64,000 bases of DNA, from positions 4,472 through 68,471 of the forward strand of contig NZ_JAAYXO010000014.1 of the NCBI RefSeq assembly GCF_012515855.1. The letters run 5' to 3'. Positions within the stretch are counted from its first letter, which is position 1. The number at the start of each line of letters is the position of its first letter. The notes below the pieces were generated by a model. The model was not told the DNA's origin and did no database searches. It was given only the letters and a program-made list of their open reading frames with translations. This stretch comes from Gordonia sp. (in: high G+C Gram-positive bacteria) (GTDB taxonomy: Bacteria; Actinomycetota; Actinomycetes; Mycobacteriales; Mycobacteriaceae). Positions 18,508-28,633 of this stretch are shown here, one piece after another. Both the position numbers and the translations under genes were made by a program.

Positions 18508-19700
18508 CCGAGCGAGACCCCTCGTCGCAGCACCCCGACGACCTGACCGCGGACGAGCCAGCGGTCGACGAGTCGACCGCTGATGAGTCGACGGCTGCCG
18601 TCGAGCCGAATGCCGACGCCTCGTCCGCTGATGGGCCCGCCGGCGAGCAGTCGGCAGACGACGCCACGAGCGAGATGTCCGCGGGCGATCAGCCGACCGT
18701 TCCCGTGCCGTCGAACGACCCGCCGCCGGCCGTCCTCGACGAGACCCCCACCGGAGAAGTGATCACCGGGCCGATCCGGGCCGTCCAGGACCCGAAGACG
18801 CACGCCTACTCGCAGACGGGCAAGCCGCCGACGATGCAGATGGATGCGCTGGATTCCAGCGCGTTCGAGCCGATTCCGTCGGGTCCGCCGACTCCGCCGC
18901 CCAGCGGCCCGGTGATGTCATCGCCGATGAAGTCGTCGGGCGGTCGCAAACGCGGACGCGGTCGGACCATCGGTCTGGTGGTGGCCGCTGTGGTCCTGCT
19001 GGTGGTGATCGCGGGCGTCGGCTCCGAACTCTACATCCGAAACAAGGTCACCAGCTGCCTGCAGACCTCCTTCGACAACCTGACCGGCACGCAGACCGAC
19101 GTCTCCGTCTCGCGACGACCGATGCTGCTGTCGATGATGGACGGCGACGTCCCGTGGGTTCAAGTCGACACCTCGTCGGGCGACAGCAACAACATTCGCC
19201 TGCACGCCCGCGCGGAGGGGATCAGCACCGACGGCGGCACCGTGCAGAAGCTCGAAGGCAACGGCTTCCTGCCCTACGAGCGGATCAAGTCGCTGACCCA
19301 GGGGGGCGAGGGTAACGGTCAGCAGACAGGCAGCACGATCGAGGAGATCACCGCCGACCCGTCGGCCGGGACGTTGAAGATCTCGACCACCTTCACCGTC
19401 GCGATCATCCCGGTGCCCGCCACCGTCACCTTGAAGCCCATCGTGAAGGACGGTGCGGTGACGTTCGAGGTCAAGGAGGCCACCGCCCTGGTCTTCGGCC
19501 TGCCGAACGACTTCGCCCAACCGGTCGTCGATCAGGTCACCACGGCCATGTTCGGCCCGCTCTTCAAGCAGATCAAGGTCTCGAAGCTCGACGTCGCCAA
19601 GGACGGTGTCGACTTCGCGTTCGCCGGTACCGACGTCAACCTGAAGTCGGCGGCTGAGCAGATCGGCGACACGAGCGGCGGAAACGGCTGCTCGGTCTAG
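18504..19700 (+). CDS. DUF2993/LmeA-like membrane-anchored protein (Rv0479c-like) with a long acidic N-terminal extension
   Basis: Acidic low-complexity N-terminus, one TM (IGLVVAAVVLLVVIAGVG) followed by ELYIR; syntenic next to deoC. Confidence 0.7.
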   Translation: MTERDPSSQHPDDLTADEPAVDESTADESTAAVEPNADASSADGPAGEQSADDATSEMSAGDQPTVPVPSNDPPPAVLDETPTGEVITGPIRAVQDPKTHAYSQTGKPPTMQMDALDSSAFEPIPSGPPTPPPSGPVMSSPMKSSGGRKRGRGRTIGLVVAAVVLLVVIAGVGSELYIRNKVTSCLQTSFDNLTGTQTDVSVSRRPMLLSMMDGDVPWVQVDTSSGDSNNIRLHARAEGISTDGGTVQKLEGNGFLPYERIKSLTQGGEGNGQQTGSTIEEITADPSAGTLKISTTFTVAIIPVPATVTLKPIVKDGAVTFEVKEATALVFGLPNDFAQPVVDQVTTAMFGPLFKQIKVSKLDVAKDGVDFAFAGTDVNLKSAAEQIGDTSGGNGCSV

Positions 19701-19786
19701 GTCCTGCCGCTGACCTCCCCGATCGCCTTTCCACCGTTGATCGTGACCCGCTCCGGGTAACGATCAACGGTGGAAGTGTTTACGGG

Positions 19787-20464
19787 CTACTCGGGGAAGC
19801 CGTCGAGCACCGCGCGGCTGCCCGACAGGCCGAGCCTGGTGGCCCCGGCCGCGATGAGCTCGGCGGCGAACTCCGCGGTCCGGATGCCGCCGCTGGCTTT
19901 GACTCCGAGATCCGGTCCGACCGCCGCGCGCATCACCTCGATCGCGCGGACGCTCGCACCGCCTGACGGATGGAATCCGGTGGAGGTCTTCACGAAGTCG
20001 GCGCCGGCCTCGACGCAGCGACGGCACACCTGGGCGAGGCCTTCCTCACCGATCGTCTCCAGGAGCACGGCCGACTCGACGATCACCTTCAGCACCACGT
20101 CGTGGCCGATGGCCTCGCGGACGGTCATCACGTCGGCGAAGACCTCGTCGTAGTTGCCTGCGACCGCCGCGCCGACGTCGATCACCATGTCGACCTCGTC
20201 GGCGCCGGTGTCGACGGCGAGCCGAGCCTCGGCGGCCTTGACCAGCGAGTGGTGCTTGCCCGACGGGAAGCCCGCCACCACGCACGTCTCGGCTGTGCCG
20301 GTGTCGATCGGCAGCATCGACGGCGACAGACAGATGGCGTAGACACCCAGATCGAGTCCTTCGGTGACGGTGGCTTCGGCCTCCGCGCGCGTGGTCTCGG
20401 GCTTGAGGATCGTGTGGTCGACCATCGCTGCGACAGCCGCTCGGGTCAGGTTGGTGTTGATCAC
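19787..20464 (-). CDS. deoC: Deoxyribose-phosphate aldolase
   Basis: [45 protein letters not shown]. Confidence 0.95.
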   Translation of the reverse strand: MINTNLTRAAVAAMVDHTILKPETTRAEAEATVTEGLDLGVYAICLSPSMLPIDTGTAETCVVAGFPSGKHHSLVKAAEARLAVDTGADEVDMVIDVGAAVAGNYDEVFADVMTVREAIGHDVVLKVIVESAVLLETIGEEGLAQVCRRCVEAGADFVKTSTGFHPSGGASVRAIEVMRAAVGPDLGVKASGGIRTAEFAAELIAAGATRLGLSGSRAVLDGFPE

Positions 20465-20491
20465 GAATTCGAGCTTGGCACACTTAGACGG

Positions 20492-21382
20492 GTGAGCAAC
20501 TCCCAGATCTCCTCAGACGACGACGAACGTCGTTTCGTTCTGACTCTCGGCTGCCCCGACCGCACCGGCATCGTCGCCGGACTCTCCGGGTTCTTGACCG
20601 GAGTCGGCGGCTGGATCACCGAGGCCGCATATCACTCGGATCCGTCGACGGGCTGGTTCTTCACCCGCCAGGCGGTGCGCGCGGACTCGGTCGGCATGCC
20701 GGTCGAGGAATTCCGTCGGCGGTTCGCCGAGGTGGCCGCGATGTTCGGTCCGGAAGCGGAATGGAACGTCACCGACTCCGGTGCGGAGAAGTCGGTGGTG
20801 CTGCTGGTGAGCAAGGACAGTCACTGCCTCACCGACATCCTCTCGCGTGCCGAGCGTGGCGACTTCCCGGCGCAGGTGAGCGCCGTGGTCGGCAATCACC
20901 GGGATCTGGAGCAACTGACCACCCGTTTCGGCATCCCGTTCCACCACGTGCCGTTTCCGAAGGAGGGCAAGGCCGAGGCCTTCGCCGAGGTGCAGCGGAT
21001 CGTGGAGGGCTACGACCCGAATGCGATCGTGCTGGCGCGTTTCATGCAGATCCTGCCGCCCGAGCTGTGCGAGGCGTGGGCCGGGCGGGCCATCAACATT
21101 CACCACAGCTTCCTGCCGAGCTTCATCGGCGCCCGCCCGTATCACCAGGCCTTCGATCGCGGCGTCAAGCTGATCGGCGCCACGTGCCACTACGTGACCG
21201 CCGACCTCGACGCGGGTCCGATCATCGAGCAGGACGTCAGCCGCATCGACCACGGTTACTCCGCCGCCGACATGGTCCGCCAGGGCCGTGACATCGAGAC
21301 GCTGGTGCTGGCCCGCGGCGTCCGCTGGCACCTGGAGCACCGGGTCCTCGTCCACGACCGCAAGACGGTGGTCTTCCAGTAG
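20492..21382 (+). CDS. purU: Formyltetrahydrofolate deformylase
   Basis: ACT domain ([11 protein letters not shown]), [39 protein letters not shown]. Confidence 0.95.
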   Translation: MSNSQISSDDDERRFVLTLGCPDRTGIVAGLSGFLTGVGGWITEAAYHSDPSTGWFFTRQAVRADSVGMPVEEFRRRFAEVAAMFGPEAEWNVTDSGAEKSVVLLVSKDSHCLTDILSRAERGDFPAQVSAVVGNHRDLEQLTTRFGIPFHHVPFPKEGKAEAFAEVQRIVEGYDPNAIVLARFMQILPPELCEAWAGRAINIHHSFLPSFIGARPYHQAFDRGVKLIGATCHYVTADLDAGPIIEQDVSRIDHGYSAADMVRQGRDIETLVLARGVRWHLEHRVLVHDRKTVVFQ

Positions 21383-21403
21383 CGGACGCGTGTCCGCGTA
21401 GCC

Positions 21404-22549
21404 CTACAAGCCCAGGTCCTTCGCGATGATGGTCTTCATGATCTCCGTGGTGCCGCCGTAGATCGTCTGGATGCGCGCGTCGACGAACGCCCGCGACACC
21501 GGGTACTCGCGCATGTAGCCGTACCCGCCGTGCAGTTGCAGGCATCGGTCGGCGACGCGGACCTGGAGTTCGGTGGTCCACCACTTGAGCTTGGCGGCAC
21601 GGGCTGCGGTGAGCTCGCCCGCCACGTGCTGGGCGAGGCAGTCGTCCAGGAAGGTGCGCGCCAGGTCGAGCTCCGTGGCCAGCTCGGCCATCACGAACTG
21701 GGTGTTCTGGAAGCCGCCGATCGGCGAGCCGAACGCACGACGCTGCTCCACGTACTCGCGGGTGGCCGCGAAGACCCCTTCGGCGGCGGCGACGGCGCCG
21801 ACCGCCAGCGACAGGCGCTCCTGCGGAAGATTCCGCACCAGCTGATAGAAGCCGTCGCCCTCGGCGCCGAGCCGGTTGGCGACGGGCACGCGCATGTCGG
21901 TGAAGGCGAGCTCGCTGGTGTCCTGCGCGTGCAGACCGATCTTGTCGAGATTGCGGCCGCGCTCGAAGCCGGGGGTCTCGGCGTCGACCACCAGCAACGA
22001 CAGTCCGCCGTGCCGCTCGGGGCCGGTGCGCACGGCCACCACGAACAGGGTGCCGTTCTCGCCGTTGGAGATGAACGTCTTGGCGCCGTTGACCACGTAG
22101 TCGTCGCCGTCGCGGACCGCGGTGGTCGCGATGCCCGCCAGATCGCTGCCGGTGCCGGGTTCGGTCATCGCGATGCCGAGCACGGTTTCGCCCGTCACCG
22201 TTCCGGGCAGCCAGCGGGCCTGCTGTTCGGCGTCGGCGAGGTCGGTCAGGTACGGAAGCACCACGTCGTTCTGCAGTGAGAACGCGATCGCGGCGGCGGC
22301 CGCACCGACGCGGGCCACCTCTTCGACGATGATCGCGTGGTAGCGGAAATCGTCGACCCCCGGTCCGCCGAACTCCTCCGGAACCGGGAACCCCAGGAGT
22401 CCGTGTCCGCCCGCGTCGGTGAACATCGACGCGGGCAGTCGGCCCGACTGCTCCCAGCCCTCGTGCTGACCGACGATCTTCTCGGCCACGAAACTGCGGG
22501 CCAGATCCCGGAACTGCCGGTGCTCGTCGTCGAGTTGCAGTGCGCTCAT
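21404..22549 (-). CDS. Acyl-CoA dehydrogenase (LCAD-like)
   Basis: IAMTEPGTGSDL, VNGAKTFISNG, ERLSLA, GGYGYMREY, IYGGTTEIMK. Confidence 0.92.
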   Translation of the reverse strand: MSALQLDDEHRQFRDLARSFVAEKIVGQHEGWEQSGRLPASMFTDAGGHGLLGFPVPEEFGGPGVDDFRYHAIIVEEVARVGAAAAAIAFSLQNDVVLPYLTDLADAEQQARWLPGTVTGETVLGIAMTEPGTGSDLAGIATTAVRDGDDYVVNGAKTFISNGENGTLFVVAVRTGPERHGGLSLLVVDAETPGFERGRNLDKIGLHAQDTSELAFTDMRVPVANRLGAEGDGFYQLVRNLPQERLSLAVGAVAAAEGVFAATREYVEQRRAFGSPIGGFQNTQFVMAELATELDLARTFLDDCLAQHVAGELTAARAAKLKWWTTELQVRVADRCLQLHGGYGYMREYPVSRAFVDARIQTIYGGTTEIMKTIIAKDLGL

Positions 22550-24213
22550 GATCGTCCTCCCATGTGCTCGAAGCGGCCGGAAGCGAGGTCGTCGCGAGCC
22601 TGTTCGGTGGCCTTGTAGTGCAGCTTCTTCCCGGTCGCCGAGACCGGGAGCTGATCGACGAACCGGTAGGCGCGCGGCCGCTTGAACGACGACAGCATCG
22701 GATGGTGGTGGCAGTGGGCGTCGAGTTGCTCCGCGCTGGTGGTGTCGCCGTCGACGCGCACCACATACGCGACCACCCGCTGCCCCCATTCGTCGTCGGG
22801 CACGCCGACCACCAGCGAGTCGGCGACGCCGGGATGGGCGTTCAGCGCTTCCTCGACCTGCACCGGGTGGACGTTCTCGCCGCCGGAGAGCAGCATGTCG
22901 TCCTTGCGGCCGACGATTGTCACGAACTCGTTCTCGTCCCAGGTGGCCAGATCGCCGATGTACAGCCAGCCGTCGCGGAACTTGGCGGCGTCCTGCTCGG
23001 GATTGTCGTAGTACTGCGCGGCGCCCTTCGGGGAGCGGACGATCACCTCGCCGACCGCGGTGTTGTCGCGGGCGACGACGTCGCTGGGATCAGCCAGCCC
23101 GCCGTCGCGGACGGCGACGACGGCGACGTCGTCGTCGATGCACGAGCGGCCTGCGGTCCCGGCCATGGCGGGCAGGTCGGTGGGCCGCAGGAAGGTGTTC
23201 CAGAATCCCTCGGTGCTGCCGTAGCCGTTGAAGATTCGCGGATTCAGCACTTCCTGGTAGTGCAGCGCGGCCTCGCGCTCGAGCGGTGCGCCCATGGTCA
23301 CGAGACCGTTGAGCGTCGAGAGATCGCGCGGGCGGGCCACCTGCGCGCGGGCCAGCATCGCCAGGTTGGTCGGTGCGCCGATCAGGAAGGTGAGCCCCAG
23401 CCGCTCCACCAGGTCGAGCGTCGCGTTGGCATCGAAAGTGTGCATCGGGACCAGTGAACTGCCCAGGTAGAAGGTGGGGTTGGGGCCCGCGCAGTACAGT
23501 CCGCCGCGATGGAACCACGGCGTCATGTTCAGTGTCTTGTCCTCGGGCGAGAGCGGGAACTGCATGATCACGTCGTGCGCGCTGAAGACCTCGATCATGC
23601 TGTTCATCGGCACGGCCTTCGGCATGCCGGTGGTGCCCGAGGTGAACAACCGCGTGGTCTCGTCCCACACCGTGCGCTGCGGCGGCGGGGGCGTGCCGCC
23701 CGGCTCCGGAAGGTCGCGGTAGCGGAGGACGGTGCTGCCGTCGCGTCCCGCGAGCGGTTCGCCGTCCCCGACCGCGACGAGCACCTCCGGCACGTGGGTC
23801 GCGTGCTCCAGGGCGGTCGCGACGACCTCGCCGAGCGAGGTGTCGTAGACGAAGACCTTCGGGCGCGTGGTGCTCAGGATGTAAGCGGTCTCGCCTGCGG
23901 CGAGCCGGAAGTTCATCGGGGCTCCGACCGCGCCCGCGGCCTGCGTCGCGAGGTAGAGCTCGGCGAACTCGGGACCGTTGTGCAGTTGATAGGCCACCAC
24001 GTCGCCGGGCTGCACGCCCGCCGCGATCAAACCCGCAGCGAGGGCGTCGACTCGGCCGCCGAGGTCGGCGTAGGTGATGTTCTCGCCGGTCTCGGCGAGC
24101 TGAATCGCCGGGCGGTCGGCGAAGCGATGGACGTTCCGACGGAAGCCGTTCAGGTAGGTGAAGTCGTTCTCGAAGTACTCGCGGTAGGCGCGGGCGTCGT
24201 ATGTGTAAGACAT
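22546..24213 (-). CDS. Acyl-CoA ligase (AMP-binding family)
   Basis: FTSGTTGMPK, NGYGSTE, YIGDLA, GRKDDMLLSGGENV, SATGKK. Confidence 0.92.
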   Translation of the reverse strand: MSYTYDARAYREYFENDFTYLNGFRRNVHRFADRPAIQLAETGENITYADLGGRVDALAAGLIAAGVQPGDVVAYQLHNGPEFAELYLATQAAGAVGAPMNFRLAAGETAYILSTTRPKVFVYDTSLGEVVATALEHATHVPEVLVAVGDGEPLAGRDGSTVLRYRDLPEPGGTPPPPQRTVWDETTRLFTSGTTGMPKAVPMNSMIEVFSAHDVIMQFPLSPEDKTLNMTPWFHRGGLYCAGPNPTFYLGSSLVPMHTFDANATLDLVERLGLTFLIGAPTNLAMLARAQVARPRDLSTLNGLVTMGAPLEREAALHYQEVLNPRIFNGYGSTEGFWNTFLRPTDLPAMAGTAGRSCIDDDVAVVAVRDGGLADPSDVVARDNTAVGEVIVRSPKGAAQYYDNPEQDAAKFRDGWLYIGDLATWDENEFVTIVGRKDDMLLSGGENVHPVQVEEALNAHPGVADSLVVGVPDDEWGQRVVAYVVRVDGDTTSAEQLDAHCHHHPMLSSFKRPRAYRFVDQLPVSATGKKLHYKATEQARDDLASGRFEHMGGRS

Positions 24214-24241
24214 GATCGGGGGCTCCTTGAACGAGGCGCGG

Positions 24242-24982
24242 TCAGCCGGCCATGGTGAGGCCGCCGCTGGCGCTGATCACCTGGCCAGTGATGAACGACG
24301 CGGCGTCGGACGCGAAGAAGACGACCGGCGCGGCGATCTCCTCCGGCCGCGCGAGACGGCGGAACGGGATGGCCCGGATCAAGGCCTCCTGCAGCTTCTC
24401 GGCCTGCGACGCGAACAGCGGCGTGTCGGTGGGGCCGGGGCAGACGCAGTTGATGTTGATACCGTGTCGCGCCATCTCGCGAGCCAGCGACTTGGTGAGC
24501 GCGATGACGCCGCCCTTCGCTCCGGCGTAGATGGTCTCGCCCGCGCTGCCGACGCGGCCCGCGTCGCTGGCGACGTTGACGACCTTGCCGCCGTTCCCGG
24601 CGTCGACCATCCCCGGCAGGAACGCGCTGCACATGTGCACCGGACCCAGATAGTTGATGGCGACGACCTTCTCGGCGAACTCGGGGGTGGCATTCAGGAA
24701 TTGGTCGGTGCGGTCCCAGCCTGCGGCGTTCACCAGGATGTCGGCGACGCCGAGTTCGGCGGTCACCCGGTCGCGGAGCGCGTCCACCCGACTGCGGTCG
24801 GCGATGTCGACTTCCATGGCGTGAATGCGTCCGGCCGGTCCCTGCTCGACGGTCGCGATGGCGGCGTCGAGGTCGAGGTCGGCGGCGACGACGGTGTCAC
24901 CGCGCTCGGCGAGGGCCAGGGCGATGGCACGGCCGATGCCCGAACCGGCTCCGGTGACGACGGCGATGGATGTGGTGCTCAT
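24242..24982 (-). CDS. SDR oxidoreductase, BadH-like (2-hydroxycyclohexanecarboxyl-CoA dehydrogenase family)
   Basis: TGAGSGIG, NAAGWD, ASDAGRVGS, YAGAK, CPGPTDTPLF; AGWD and SDAxRVGS are typical of BadH as I recall it. Confidence 0.8.
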   Translation of the reverse strand: MSTTSIAVVTGAGSGIGRAIALALAERGDTVVAADLDLDAAIATVEQGPAGRIHAMEVDIADRSRVDALRDRVTAELGVADILVNAAGWDRTDQFLNATPEFAEKVVAINYLGPVHMCSAFLPGMVDAGNGGKVVNVASDAGRVGSAGETIYAGAKGGVIALTKSLAREMARHGININCVCPGPTDTPLFASQAEKLQEALIRAIPFRRLARPEEIAAPVVFFASDAASFITGQVISASGGLTMAG

Positions 24983-25013
24983 GGTGGCGGTTCCTTCTCG
25001 TGCGCTGGTCGGA

Positions 25014-25829
25014 TCAGGCGGTGGGGGCGGTCGGTGCGGCCGATGGGAAGGCGGGCGCGCGCTTCTCGCGGAGCGCGGTGTAGCCCTCGACGACGTCGGG
25101 CGCCATGAAGCAGAGCATCTCGTAGGCGGCCGACTGATCGAAGATGGGACCGGCGTTGCGCATCCAGTTGTTCAGCGACTTCTTGGTCCAGCGGATGGCG
25201 TTCTGCGAACCGGTCGCCATCACCTCGGCGATCCGGAGGGCTTCGTCAAGCACCTGGTCGCGGGGGAGGGCCTTGGTGACCAGGCCGATCCGCTCGGCCT
25301 CGGCTCCGGTGATCATCTCGCCGGTCATCAGGTAGTACTTGGCCTTGGCCATTCCGGCGAGCAGCGGCCACAGGATCGCGGCGTGGTCGCCCGCGGCGAC
25401 ACCCAGCTTCACGTGCCCGTCGCCGAGCTTGGCGTCCTCCGCGCAGACGGAGATGTCGGCCAGCAGGGCGACCACGGTGCCCGCGCCGACGGCGACGCCG
25501 TTGATCGCGGAGATCACCGGCTTGTTGCAGTCGACGAGGCCGTACACCAGGCGGCTCATCTCATCGAGCATGTCGGCCACGCGTTCGTGGTCGCCTGCCA
25601 TGGCTTCGACCATGGAGAGGTCGCCGCCCGCGGAGAAGGCCTTGCCCGCCCCGGTGACGACGGCCACGCGAGTCTCCGGGTCTGCCGAGACCTCGCCCCA
25701 CACCCGTGCGAGTTCGGCGTGCATCGTCTCGTTGGTGGCGTTGAAGACCTCGGGTCGGTTGAGGGTGATCAGCAGGACGCCGTTGGCGCGACGTTCGAAC
25801 AGAAGATGCTGGTAGTCGGAGAAGTTCAT
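25014..25829 (-). CDS. Crotonase-superfamily enzyme; lacks hydratase glutamates, has an OCH-like His/Asp dyad
   Basis: [23 protein letters not shown]; [12 protein letters not shown] sits where PE is expected. Confidence 0.85.
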   Translation of the reverse strand: MNFSDYQHLLFERRANGVLLITLNRPEVFNATNETMHAELARVWGEVSADPETRVAVVTGAGKAFSAGGDLSMVEAMAGDHERVADMLDEMSRLVYGLVDCNKPVISAINGVAVGAGTVVALLADISVCAEDAKLGDGHVKLGVAAGDHAAILWPLLAGMAKAKYYLMTGEMITGAEAERIGLVTKALPRDQVLDEALRIAEVMATGSQNAIRWTKKSLNNWMRNAGPIFDQSAAYEMLCFMAPDVVEGYTALREKRAPAFPSAAPTAPTA

Positions 25830-25867
25830 GATGACCGTCCTTGCGTTCGGGTGCCGTGTCGAGTGAG

Positions 25868-25956
25868 AATGAACATTGGTTCATTAATGATGAACATAGA
25901 TTCATTAGTGCGGGCCGTCAAGGGGTCCGACCAGAAAGATGAATATTCGTTCATCT
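25868..25956. promoter_or_regulatory. Three TetR-type operators, consensus ATGAAY-N4-RTTCAT
   Basis: AATGAAC-ATTG-GTTCATT (25868-25885), GATGAAC-ATAG-ATTCATT (25889-25906), AGATGAAT-ATTC-GTTCATCT (25937-25956). Confidence 0.8.
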
Positions 25957-25990
25957 ACCGTTAGGGCTACTCGGTTGGAGGGAGACAACG

Positions 25991-26647
25991 ATGTCCGAGA
26001 TTCTCGATCCCGACGTCGCGGCGCGAGAGGCGCGTGCGTCACAGCGGTCTCGGCAGCTGCTCGACGCCGCGGCCCGGCTCATGGAGAAGACCGGATCGGA
26101 GGCCGTCTCGATGCAGGCGCTCGCGGCCGAAGCCGGGGTGAGTGTCGGGCTGATCTACCGCTATTTCGGTAGCAAGGACGACGTCCTGCTGGCCGTGATC
26201 ACAGACGTGCTGACCCAGTTCGAGGTGGAGGTGCCCGCGGCCATCGCCGACGCCGGAGACGATCCCGTCCGCCGCGTGGGGGCTGCGTTCGGCGCGTATT
26301 GCCGGGTCATCGATTCACGTCGCCACGCGGCGCTGCTGACCTACCGGGAGAGCAATGCGCTCGGTCACGAGGCCCGACAACGGATCAAGGAACTGGAGGT
26401 GGCGACGGTCGATCCGCTGCGTCGCGCCCTGGCCGACGGCATAGCCGAGGGACGGCTGGTGGCGCAGCACTCGGATCTGGTGGCCTACAACCTGCTGCTG
26501 CTGGCACACGCGTGGGCGCTCAAGCACTGGTACTTCGAGCGGACGCTCGACATCGACGGGTACATCCGGGCGCAACTCGCGCTGTCGCTGCGCGGGCTCG
26601 TGGCACCCGAGTTCGTCGCCGAGTACGCGGACCTGTTGGTCGGCTGA
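25991..26647 (+). CDS. TetR-family regulator, divergent from the acyl-CoA operon
   Basis: AVSMQALAAEAGVSVGLIYRYF HTH; GGAGGGAG RBS. Confidence 0.92.
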   Translation: MSEILDPDVAAREARASQRSRQLLDAAARLMEKTGSEAVSMQALAAEAGVSVGLIYRYFGSKDDVLLAVITDVLTQFEVEVPAAIADAGDDPVRRVGAAFGAYCRVIDSRRHAALLTYRESNALGHEARQRIKELEVATVDPLRRALADGIAEGRLVAQHSDLVAYNLLLLAHAWALKHWYFERTLDIDGYIRAQLALSLRGLVAPEFVAEYADLLVG

Positions 26648-26659
26648 CGGCAGCTCGCG

Positions 26660-27418
26660 CTAGCCGGTCTTGATGTTCCGGCGTGACGTCGCCTGGTCGC
26701 GGGGACGTACGACGATCTGGTCGAGGTTCACGTGCGGCGGCCGGGACGCGGTGAACGCGACCAGCTCGGCGATGTCGTCGGCGATCATCGGCTGCAGACC
26801 CTTGTAGACGGCGTCGGCTTTGGCCTCGTCGCCGTTGAAGCGGACCAGCGAGAACTCGGTCTCGACCATGCCGGGGCAGATCTCGGTGAGGCGGATCGGC
26901 TTGCCGATCAGTTCCAGTCGCAGCGTGCGGTGCAGCACCCCCTGGGCGTGCTTGGCGGAGGTGTAGCCCGCGCCGTTGTCGTAGACCTCGAGCGCCGCCG
27001 TGGAGGTGATCGTGACGATCAGGCCGTCGCCCGATGCCTCGAGTTTGGGCAGCAGCGCTTTGGTGATCCGGAGGGTGCCGACCACGTTGGTCTCCCACAT
27101 CCATCGCCAGTCCTCGAGGTTGGCCTCGGAGACCGGCGCGAGTCCCTTGGCGCCGCCGGCGTTGTTGACCAGCACGTGCACGGTGTCGAGCGTTGCGACG
27201 AAGCGTTCTACCGAGGCGGCGTCGGTGACGTCGAGATACATCGCCCGGCCGCCGATCTCCTCGGCGAGGGTCTCCACCCGATCGGTGCGACGAGCGCCGA
27301 GGACCACCGAGTAACCGTCGCGCGCGAGGGCCCGGGCGGTGGCCGCGCCGATTCCCGAACTCGCGCCCGTCACCACTGCGATCTTGTTGTTGCCGACTGC
27401 GTTTCCCGGGTTGGTCAT
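26660..27418 (-). CDS. SDR oxidoreductase (YdfG/Rv0484c-like)
   Basis: TGASSGIG, VNNAGGAKG, YTSAK, EICPGMVETEFS. Confidence 0.9.
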   Translation of the reverse strand: MTNPGNAVGNNKIAVVTGASSGIGAATARALARDGYSVVLGARRTDRVETLAEEIGGRAMYLDVTDAASVERFVATLDTVHVLVNNAGGAKGLAPVSEANLEDWRWMWETNVVGTLRITKALLPKLEASGDGLIVTITSTAALEVYDNGAGYTSAKHAQGVLHRTLRLELIGKPIRLTEICPGMVETEFSLVRFNGDEAKADAVYKGLQPMIADDIAELVAFTASRPPHVNLDQIVVRPRDQATSRRNIKTG

Positions 27419-27478
27419 GCCTCGAGTCTAAGAGATGCGGCCGCGCGCGCTCGGCGGTCACGGTGATCGCGGTCATGA

Positions 27479-28633
27479 ATGACTGCTAAGTTCGGGGCCA
27501 TGACGATCAGCGGCGTTGTGGCCGCGCCCCTCCACTTCGGGACCGGCCCGGCCGCAGCGGTCCTGAACGCCGTCCGGGTGGGCGCCCCCGCCACCCGAGA
27601 CCAACTCGTCGCCGACACCGGACTCTCCGCGGCGACGGTGAATCGTCAGGTCAACGCCCTGCTCGACGTCGGCCTGGTGGTGGAGCGACCCGATCTGCTC
27701 AGCAGTTCCGGAGTCGGCAGGCCCAAGCGGCCGTTGACGCTCGACGGCGAACGGTACTGCGTGGCGGGCATTCACATCGGTGCACGGCGAACAGCCCTGG
27801 TGATCGCCGATGTCGGCGGTCGGACCCTGTACAGCCACGCCATTCGCACCCAGGAACTCACCGGGACCGACGCCGAGACGGCGATCGGTCGACTCTGCGA
27901 TCTGCTGAGTGAACTCGCCGGTCGTTTCTCCGGCCGTCGGGTCCTGTGGGGCGGTGCGGCGCTGGGCGGAGTGGTGGACGAAGACACGGGCGTGGTGGAC
28001 CACCCGATTCTCGGTTGGGCACGACAGCCGCTCGGGCAGCGACTGCACGCCGTGCTCGGTGTGCCGGTCTCGGTGGCCGAACACGTGCAGGCGATGGCGG
28101 CGGCCGAACTGCTCCTGGCGTCCACCGTGACGCGCACCGGGTCGAGTCTGGTCTTCTATGCGCGCGAGACGGTCGGCATGGCACTGATCATCGACGGCGA
28201 CGTTCATCAGCCGGCCCGCGGCGCCGGGACCATTGCCGGGCTGCCGGTGCGCCCCGGGGTGCTCGACACCGAGCCGGTCGCGGCGCTCCAGGGCGTCATC
28301 GGCACGGCGGCCACCAAGGCCGCGGCCGCCCGACTCGGAGTGGCCGATTCGGCGGGCGTCGTCGCCGACGACCGCGCTCGCGTTCTCGGTGAGGCGGTCG
28401 CGACCATGCGCGACGTCCTGAATCCGGACGAGATCGTCGTGGCGGGCGACGCTTTCTCGGCGCATCCGCACGGACTGGCTCCGGTGCAGGCGGCGTTCGA
28501 CGCGGCGACCCTGCTGCCGGGACCGCTGGAGATCGTGCCGACGTGCTTCGGTGTGCAGGTGACGGAATCCGCGGCGATCGCGGTCGCGCTGTCGGCGCTG
28601 TACGCCGATCCGCTGGGGGTCGTGGGGGAGTAG
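27479..28633 (+). CDS. ROK-family regulator (Rv0485-like); start uncertain
   Basis: N-terminal HTH (TRDQLVADTGLSAATVNR), GVGRP, GIHIG; divergent from the Rv0484c-like SDR. Confidence 0.8.
   Translation: MTAKFGAMTISGVVAAPLHFGTGPAAAVLNAVRVGAPATRDQLVADTGLSAATVNRQVNALLDVGLVVERPDLLSSSGVGRPKRPLTLDGERYCVAGIHIGARRTALVIADVGGRTLYSHAIRTQELTGTDAETAIGRLCDLLSELAGRFSGRRVLWGGAALGGVVDEDTGVVDHPILGWARQPLGQRLHAVLGVPVSVAEHVQAMAAAELLLASTVTRTGSSLVFYARETVGMALIIDGDVHQPARGAGTIAGLPVRPGVLDTEPVAALQGVIGTAATKAAAARLGVADSAGVVADDRARVLGEAVATMRDVLNPDEIVVAGDAFSAHPHGLAPVQAAFDAATLLPGPLEIVPTCFGVQVTESAAIAVALSALYADPLGVVGE

Noticed and set aside
25014-25829. Calling the crotonase badI or menB
   Set aside because: It lacks the MenB/BadI-type FCSGGDQ and GSFDGG segments; it belongs to a different crotonase subgroup.
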